From Oopsacas minuta (taxonomy: Eukaryota; Animalia; Porifera): DNA of 23,533 nt. Shown here piece after piece: positions 16,758-23,533 of the stretch. A model generated the notes under the pieces. It worked only from the letters and a program-made list of their open reading frames with translations, was not told the origin of the DNA and made no database searches. Location: positions 1 through 23,533 of the forward strand of contig JAKMXF010000101.1 of NCBI GenBank assembly GCA_024704765.1. The letters run 5' to 3'. The position numbers and the translations under genes are program-made. Position 1 is the first letter of the stretch. Each line of letters opens with the position of its first letter.

Positions 16758-17440
16758 CAGTAAACTATCGTTATAACTAAGTGCTTAGAAGTTAGGTTTC
16801 ATTCGTGATAAGCGTAGTAAAATCAATTGCAATACACTCCGAGTAATTGGGACAGTTGTCAAACAAAGATTTACTTCTAGCCCAGAGTGGTGAATATAAT
16901 AAATTTTCGGTTAATCGGGAAGTCAGATTAATTGGGACACAATTGCTAGGACAAAGATGTCCCAATTAAGAGGAATTGGTTGTGTTTCAAGCGATAGGGG
17001 CTAGGAAATCAATTCGTTATAACCGGAGTTTCTTTATATGCTACTTGATTATAACGGGAGCAGTGCTGGATTTGGTTAACCGCCGGTATATCCAGTTAAC
17101 TGCTATGAGAAAATATATTTAGTTAACCAAATAGTGTCATTCACACCAAATTAATCATCGTTCATGGCTTTGAGAGGTAGAAAATGATAAATAATCCAAT
17201 TCAGCTAGTAAGGAGTTAGTGTGATGTTACATTTTAGGATTATATTCTCAAATATCTATCATTTTGTCAGGTACACTCACATCACGATTGTATATAAAAG
17301 TGCAATTGAATGGATATTTTCAATTTTCATAAAATAATCATTTGTTGTATAGACAAATAATTACAGCAGTTAACCGGTTAAGCGGTATTATTCAACCAAT
17401 TTTAAGCATTCCATTAATTCGGTTAACCAACCATAGCCCC
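16758..17440. mobile_element. Cluster of degraded MITE remnants upstream of the hexosaminidase
   Basis: TA|CAGTAAACTATCGTTATAAC start, TAATTGGGACA / TGTCCCAATTA inverted motifs, and GGTTAACCG / GTTAACTGCT inverted motifs at about 17070-17100 versus 17365-17430. Confidence 0.45.
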
Positions 17441-17573
17441 CCCCCCGACAGTACTTCATTTTAAAATGTAAAATACATTATTGAATCAAGAAAATATATT
17501 ATTAAATAATTCAATAAATAAAACACATTGAAACTTATAAATTACATCAAAAGAGTATCATATGTACATAACA

Positions 17574-18807
17574 CTAATGATTGAAGCTAGTCTTCCTGAC
17601 ATAATTTGGAGTGCCTAACAATTTGGTAGGTTGAGGTATTTCTCGGGGGTTATTGAATGAGAAAGAGTGGCTGAGTGTTGAAGAAGTGTCTGTATGTTTG
17701 GAGAATCCTCTGGGACGAGTAGGACTAAGTGGGAGGGTCAAGTAGGAGGGTGTAGAAATTTGTCTCGTGAGGGATGTTTGCCCAGGATCAGTCCATTTGC
17801 GAGTCATCCTGGGTGAAGCTAGATTTCTAAGTGGAAGTGTGAGAGGTGAAATGGTGTCGTCTTCGAAAACTTGTGAATCGTCTTCAATATCATTACGAGC
17901 CACAGCTCCAAATTTAGAAATACAGTCTTTCAATTGCTTAATCCCTCTAGAAATAAATCTACAGACACAAATATATACTAAATGAAACATGAATAAATAT
18001 AGTGAACACTCGTGATAACGAACCGAACTTAAATTAATTACTTTCAAGATATTACAGAATTTAGCGTTATTACGAAGTGTGATTCTTCGTCCCAGTACGA
18101 TATAAGGCGCAAATGAGGATGAAATAATGAGTTATTAATATTACAATTCAGTAGCGGTTGTGTTCTAATTAATTAATTAATTAATTAACAAGCAAGCCTC
18201 GTTTCTAGCTATTACATCAAAAAATCTTTCAAGCACTACTCGCTGGCGCTAACCTTATTATTCGCTGCCAAATAATATACTATTCGCTAGCGAATATCGA
18301 ATTCACAGTTGAATTGATGATGTACTCATGCCCAAAGATATTCGCCAGCGAAAAGTATTTGATTAATAGAGAGGGAATATGGATGCGTGGTTATGACCAT
18401 TACACACCTAGGAATTGGAAATGCGATAAACTATCAAAATAGAAATTCAAAATTAATTCCTACCTAAATCCATCCACTTTGGAGTGTTCGTTTTCTTTCT
18501 CCAAACTATTATCTAATCTCACCAAAAGATCATCCCTCAATTCTTTATATCTATTAGTATTCAGGGTCTCTTCCAGTGAGTCTCGTGCTCTCACCAAAAT
18601 GCTCATGTCTTCACTTCTCTGACTCCTCTCACGTCTCAACCTAGTTTCGACTAGAGTAACTTCTCTCAGTAGCAAAGCTTTTCTCTTCGCGACAACCGTT
18701 TGTATCTGTTGGAATGTATCAGTAATTTCTAGTATCACTGAAAGCGCCATTTGGTGAATATCATCAGTTTGTGTCATATCTAAACCTTTGTCTGAAACTA
18801 CAGCCAT
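17574..18807 (-). CDS. Two-exon, 242-aa coiled-coil protein (TRIM BBC-like coil) with a Ser/Pro/Thr/Arg-rich disordered tail and no NHL domain
   Basis: Exon 1 is 18464-18807 (ATG context ATTATAATGGCT; donor AG|GTAGGA). Exon 2 is 17574-17958 (acceptor GTCTGTAG|A); the phase-2 join gives DGFR-FISRGIKQLKDCISKFGAV. An AATAAA lies downstream near 17500. Confidence 0.8.
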
Positions 18808-19761
18808 TATAATTACTACTAGCAATTGTACAGGAGCTTCCTTTATATATCAGACTAAAGTTAATGATCCCCGTTGTTGTTGGTATCAGTTTCATCAATG
18901 TTGCTTCATCAATTTTGTAGTCAAAACTGCACTACAATTGTGACACAATACACATCAAATCATTCAATATCATCCTATGTAAACTAACACACAGAATTAA
19001 GAGATATATTAAAGTATAAATATTATAAATCAAATTAGATAAAATGGTGTTTAATATTTTTAGATAGCTAGGATATTCGGTAAAATAATGTAAGATTCAT
19101 GTTTAGTTTTGCAAGCACGGATGCGTTCATGTCACCATATTGGAAAGTTCATACCATGTTCATATAAATAACTGCGATACTCACTCGCCTTCGAACTACT
19201 GATATTGATACTGTTGTAGGTTCAGTTAGCTAAACTGACAGATAAAGTTTCTGGAATTTCACCTTCATCAACGATTCTACAACATATATAATTTTTATCT
19301 AATAATGCATAAATTTAGCTTAGATCATCATCACGTATAATATTATTGAATTTCTATCATTCATATCAATTCGTATGTCTAATGGAATTTTCGATTCCAA
19401 GGAATAACCATGTGCTTAATTATCGACAGCTAAGACTTTTATCTAAGATTTGAATGGTTGGAGAGTTCGATTGTTCAAACCTAAGTGAATGTGACCTGTG
19501 ACGTAAAGAGGGCTTTCTATCTCACGGAACGAACCATTTTGATACTCTAATAATATATGGTACCGAAAGGACTTGTTTTTCTTGGAAGAGTAAAATTTGT
19601 CGTTTGCCACACATGAAAAATCACGACAAAAGCTTGACAAGCGTCGTGCAAGAATATTCTGTGATTTTCATGGTCAAATGTGCAGCAACGACGGAAAAAT
19701 GTTAAATATCCTCAAGTAAAACTAGTCTGCTCCGTTCCGAAACCTGATTTTTGGCATAATT

Positions 19762-20224
19762 CAGTTGAACCTCTATAAGTGGGGGTCGTCGGGACGGCAA
19801 ATATTTTGATATCCCCTATTTCCCACTTATAATTCCAACTACAAATATCCTTTAATAGTGTTTCAATTTGTATAATTAACTCTTCAAACGACCGGAAATA
19901 CAATGATATTAGATTTTATACTATCTCATAAGGTTATTTGTTGAATATAAATATTGTAGAAAATCACTTTTCTAAAGGAACCCAAAATTTCAATTGATCT
20001 TAGCAATATTACATATTTTGCACAAAAATAGATAATTCTAGAAAATTCAACATTGAATTCCACACGTAATTTTAACTTAGGATGGTATTGTTAATAATAA
20101 TTTTATCCCACTACCACTTCGGCTTATAGAGGTTAGTTTACATGAAAATGAACGAAAGTCGACCAAAATTGCCCCACCTATAGAGGTTCTCATTTATAGA
20201 GCCCCACTAATAGAGGTTGAACAG
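19762..20224. mobile_element. pogo/Tigger-like MITE, 463 bp
   Basis: CAGTTGAACCTCTATAAGTGGGG versus the reverse complement of CCCCACTAATAGAGGTTGAACAG (20/23), with repeated subterminal TATAGAGGTT motifs. Confidence 0.7.
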
Positions 20225-20324
20225 TTCTATTAAGTGGTGTAGTCTTCATAATTAAATATAAGTGGTAAATAAGAATTTACGGTATTGTTAGGTAGAAGAT
20301 TAGGAAAATTATCAATATATCATG

Positions 20325-20600
20325 TACGAGCCAAAGGCTCGTCGCATTGCACCTCGAGGTATCCATTATTCTCCAAATTGACGGCCTCTTAGATTATTAT
20401 GATATAGCGTGACCTACGTAGGTCACGGATATAGATATATTTAGAACAATGTAATTCACAAATATACGTATATGGGGCATATATAATATTGAATTATTTG
20501 TAAGATCAATTCCCTTTGTAGCCGTTGAGAGCAAGTATCCACGTAAATTTTGAAATTTTTGCTAATTTGTTTACTTTATATTCATAAAAACAACAATCTG
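20325..20600 (-). mobile_element. HINE-like repeat, copy 5 (partial)
   Basis: ACGAGCCAAAGGCTCGT and CGCATTGCACCTCGAG mirror the copy 1 end. The reversed core TTTGTTTACTTTATATTCATAAAAACAACAAT lies near 20565-20597. Confidence 0.55.
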
Positions 20601-20788
20601 CAATTATAGCTACCTTACAAGGGTAATGATAATTCCTTGTAAATAATTACAGGCCGCATAAAGCTAACATCTACTGAGGTTATTGTTCTGTGTTGTAGTG
20701 ATCCTTATCCATCATATGATTATCTATGGAGTAGGGAAACAAGTGATTGCTCCATTCCATCTATTTATTGATAAATCTGGTAATTTTC

Positions 20789-22025
20789 TTATTTCTGTCC
20801 ATGATGCTCAGTATGTGTGTTTTCACATGAAGGGGAGTTAATACTCAAGATAGGAAAGAGGGACAAGGAGAGTGGTGAGTTATCAAACCCAATGGAGTAT
20901 GTATACAGTATACACCAGAAAGGGGGGCTTCTAATTGGGTCTGATAACCTTACCATGCGATACAAATATTCTAGTAACTCCTTAACATAATTAGCTCTCT
21001 GAATACCTGAAATGAAAGAATAAAATGATAGGTGAAAGTTCAAGAATTGAATTCTGCCATTTATAAATTCAGCAAGATATTATCAAATGAGACATCTATG
21101 CCTACTGGACTGTCAATTCTAATTCTTTCTTCCCTTTATCCTCTGACAGAATGTAATATTTTCCTTCATAGAATATACCTTTATACAACAGCAGACTTGT
21201 GGATTTGTCAAATTATTTACAAATTATCTGATTTGATGAGATGTTGAGGGATATCATGGCCGGCGCCGCCTATTAAACCAATTGGGTGTCCGGACACGCA
21301 CGGTGGCGCTGGCCCTGGATATGATCGGATTTGCTTAGGATTCGAATGAAATTTGAAAGGATTTGATTTGGATTGCTGATTTCTTTGAATTTGAATGGAA
21401 ATATGCATCAACTCCACAACTCTGTAAACGACAGAGATGATATAGTACTACCTAAATTTAGACAGTTTATCCTTGCTATATAGGCTGGACATTCCATCTT
21501 GTGATCGAATAAGAAAATTCAATCAGAAGAACTATTAAATACCAGTACTCTATTCAATCCTTCATCACACATGTAGATATAGTTAGTCACAGGATCTATG
21601 GCTATAATATCAGGATAACGACATCATCTTATAATTTGGTGTCCTATTCTTCCTGGGGTCAAGTCGTACTCTTCCAGTTTATATCAGTCTCTTCTCAAGC
21701 AAATCATCCCATTCCAAACCACCGTTATTGTAGGTAAGACGAGCTGTCTCGAGTTTGCTCTCCAACTCTTTATCATTTCGCCCATGAGAGCAACACTCTG
21801 GTTCAGAACTTACCCGTATTCCCTTTCAGAGTATATAGTAATACTTTAGAGGCTAACTTTTCCATATTTCCTCCCCCAATTCATTGTCTAACAAGAGTTG
21901 TAATTCTGCGAAGATGTATCTCTCTCTGTCTTGCAGAACCTTGGGTGCTCTCAAGAATTCTCTACGGACTATCTCGACCTGAGGGGAAAAATGTCATCAA
22001 CTTGAGCCTCGGTAACACTAGCAAT
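20789..22025 (-). pseudogene. Coiled-coil + NHL pseudogene (second subfamily)
   Basis: The start-like context AAATA-ATT-GCTAGT suggests ATG changed to ATT. Fragments in shifting frames: QVEIVRREFLRAPKVLQDRERYIFAEL; KELESKLETARLTY..LEWDDLLEKRLI*TGRVRL; IAIDPVTNYIYMCDEGLNRVLVFNSSSD*IFLF; DSPVGIDVS; NGRIQFLNFHLSFYSFISGIQRANYVK. Multiple stops and frameshifts, plus an insertion at about 21240-21400. Confidence 0.85.
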
Positions 22026-22291
22026 TATTTATATCGGCAAAATAATTTGCTGAATAATATTTATGTAAGAAAATATTAATATTCAGTTAATAATTAATTG
22101 GTTACAAAATGTATGGTTCTGTAAGAATAATAATAAATTCAATGAAATCTGAATAAAACTAAATTATTGTTAGAAAAGGGATGTTGTAAAACTTAAGGGG
22201 GTGCTATTGGTGTTGCAACACCATGGCATGGCCCGGGCCCTGAGGGACCCACATAGGGGCTCCCTCCAGAGAGTTCACCACAGTAGATTCG

Positions 22292-22464
22292 TAGGGCATT
22301 AGTTTCGTAATCTATTTTTGACATCTCATATATAAGAGGTGCTTATACATTTCAGAAAAGTGTTCTGAAAACATGATCGTGAACATGATTGCGATCCTTT
22401 TTGGCGCAAGGTAGAATTGGGATCACGATCTCTGATCTTTAATTTGGTATCGACTAATGCCCTA
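22292..22464. mobile_element. hAT-like MITE (TAGGG ends)
   Basis: Perfect 12-bp TIR TAGGGCATTAGT / ACTAATGCCCTA with internal GATCGTG/CACGATC motifs. No clear TSD. Confidence 0.6.
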
Positions 22465-22510
22465 TTCACAGAGCAAAATTTAGGGCCTTGAATTTTGGAC
22501 CCGCCCTGAT

Positions 22511-22697
22511 CAGTGTTCCCCTAAAGAGCGTTAAGCGTCAATTAACGCGCGCTTTCCTAGCTGAATGACGCGCTTAGAATATCTATATCTAAATGCGTTA
22601 TAATGAAGACTATGCATAGGTCTAGTACGTGTATAAGGGACAGAGGCCCCCTCAATCCCAGAAATGAGCGCTATCCAAAATATTGTGGGAAATGCTG
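22511..22697. mobile_element. hAT-like MITE, 187 bp, inserted at the end of another hAT element
   Basis: Perfect 8-bp TSD GCCCTGAT (22503-22510 and 22698-22705). Ends CAGTGTTCCC / GGGAAATGCTG. The target overlaps a ...GGACCCGCCCTG terminal motif. Confidence 0.85.
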
Positions 22698-23026
22698 GCC
22701 CTGATTAATTACATTTCAATTACAGGGCTCTCAACTCTCACGATTTCGCGTCTTCACTTACAGCAAAATCCTTTGTCTTTGACCTTTCATAGATAACTAA
22801 TAGTAATACTAATCTTTGAAAGTCCTGCAATTACAATTACAATACAATTACCCTATGTCTCCGCTCCACTTTCTATAGCCTTCCGACGGCTCTTGGTCTC
22901 CTTATTGTGAACAAGATTTTTGGCACAATGAAGCATGGGGGTTCACACTAAGTGGTCCAGACTGTATTATCATTTAAAATTTTGATTTTACCTCCATATT
23001 TCTAGTCTAATTAAATTATTATTGTA

Positions 23027-23533
23027 ATGGCTACTGCCCCTACTTTCTCTGATGATTCAGTTAATTTTGAGTTTCAAATAACTCGTATCAAAACTGAGAT
23101 TGTTTCTCACTTTCTTAAATTAACGGACACTCTGGAGAACAGAAAGAACGATCTTTTGAGAGAATTGGAGGAAATTTACAACAATTACAAACATGAAAAT
23201 GATAAACACACACAATATGTCCTAGAACTTGAAAAGTCTTCAAAGTTTATTCGAGAAAATCTACAATCTTTAGCCTTTAACGATACTCAAAGAGGAATTA
23301 TTCAAACATTAGAACAGAAACAGAAAGAAATAGAATCTGAATTGAAACCCAAACTTATTTCATTTGAATTTGATGATACACTATTGGATAGAATTAATGG
23401 ATTTGGTAAGATTAGTGTTGTTAATTCAAGTTACTCATGTCTACCAGTTGTAGATTATAAAGGTAAAGTGAAACCAGTAGTGAGTATAGATACTGGAGGT
23501 AGTGGTGAAGGACAATTCAGGAATCCATGGGGA
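23027..23533 (+). CDS. Coiled-coil + NHL-repeat protein, paralog of 1-705, 3'-partial, runs off the right edge
   Basis: ATG at 23027 (in-frame TAA five codons upstream) is open for 169 codons: MATAPTFSDDSVNFEFQITRIKTEIVSHFLKLTDTLENRKNDLLRELEE...ISFEFDDTLLDRINGFGKISV...GSGEGQFRNPWG. Confidence 0.93.
   Translation, partial: MATAPTFSDDSVNFEFQITRIKTEIVSHFLKLTDTLENRKNDLLRELEEIYNNYKHENDKHTQYVLELEKSSKFIRENLQSLAFNDTQRGIIQTLEQKQKEIESELKPKLISFEFDDTLLDRINGFGKISVVNSSYSCLPVVDYKGKVKPVVSIDTGGSGEGQFRNPWG

Noticed and set aside
17595-17630. KLLGTPNY resembling the Greatwall/MAST kinase GTPDY segment
   Set aside because: No other kinase motifs (VAIK, HRD, DFG, APE), and the protein ends a few residues later.
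18166-18188. (TAAT)n microsatellite in the intron
   Set aside because: Ordinary simple repeat.
20960-21010. VFRELIMLRS in an alternative frame, MAPK/NLK-like
   Set aside because: Immediately hits a stop. The region is better explained as a blade of the NHL pseudogene.
2161-21417. Most short ORFs in the track (e.g. 2555-2767, 3168-3380, 3552-3755, 6124-6318, 8444-8626, 10612-10870, 12568-12759, 19443-19903, 21217-21417, and plus-strand ORFs antisense to exons)
   Set aside because: They lie within MITEs or repeats, or are antisense shadows of real exons, and show no recognisable protein features.

Overview
AT-rich eukaryotic (animal) genomic DNA with GT-AG introns. The gene set is most consistent with a sponge, e.g. 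a glass sponge such as Oopsacas (inference only). Genes found: (1) two single-exon coiled-coil + NHL-repeat genes (TRIM71/NHL-like but with no RING or B-box), cut by the window edges and pointing outward (1-705 minus, 23027-23533 plus); (2) a 7-exon adhesion GPCR, C-type lectin-Ig-Ig-GAIN/GPS-7TM (4086-9621 minus; 5' exon not found, 3' end ambiguous); (3) an intronless animal-type GH20 beta-hexosaminidase (14960-16606 minus); (4) a 2-exon coiled-coil protein with a Ser/Pro/Thr/Arg-rich tail (17574-18807 minus); (5) a frameshifted NHL pseudogene (20789-22025 minus). Non-coding DNA is dense in non-autonomous DNA transposons: Tc1/pogo-like MITEs with TA flanks, hAT-like MITEs with 8-bp TSDs, a Ginger-like TGT...ACA element and Helentron/HINE-like repeats. 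These include three nested insertion stacks. No rRNA, tRNA or CRISPR array was recognised. Most interesting: a mosaic pattern between the two NHL paralogs (99-nt perfect identity next to mostly non-synonymous propeller changes), and a lectin-bearing adhesion GPCR showing signs of exon-cassette turnover. All alignments were done by eye.
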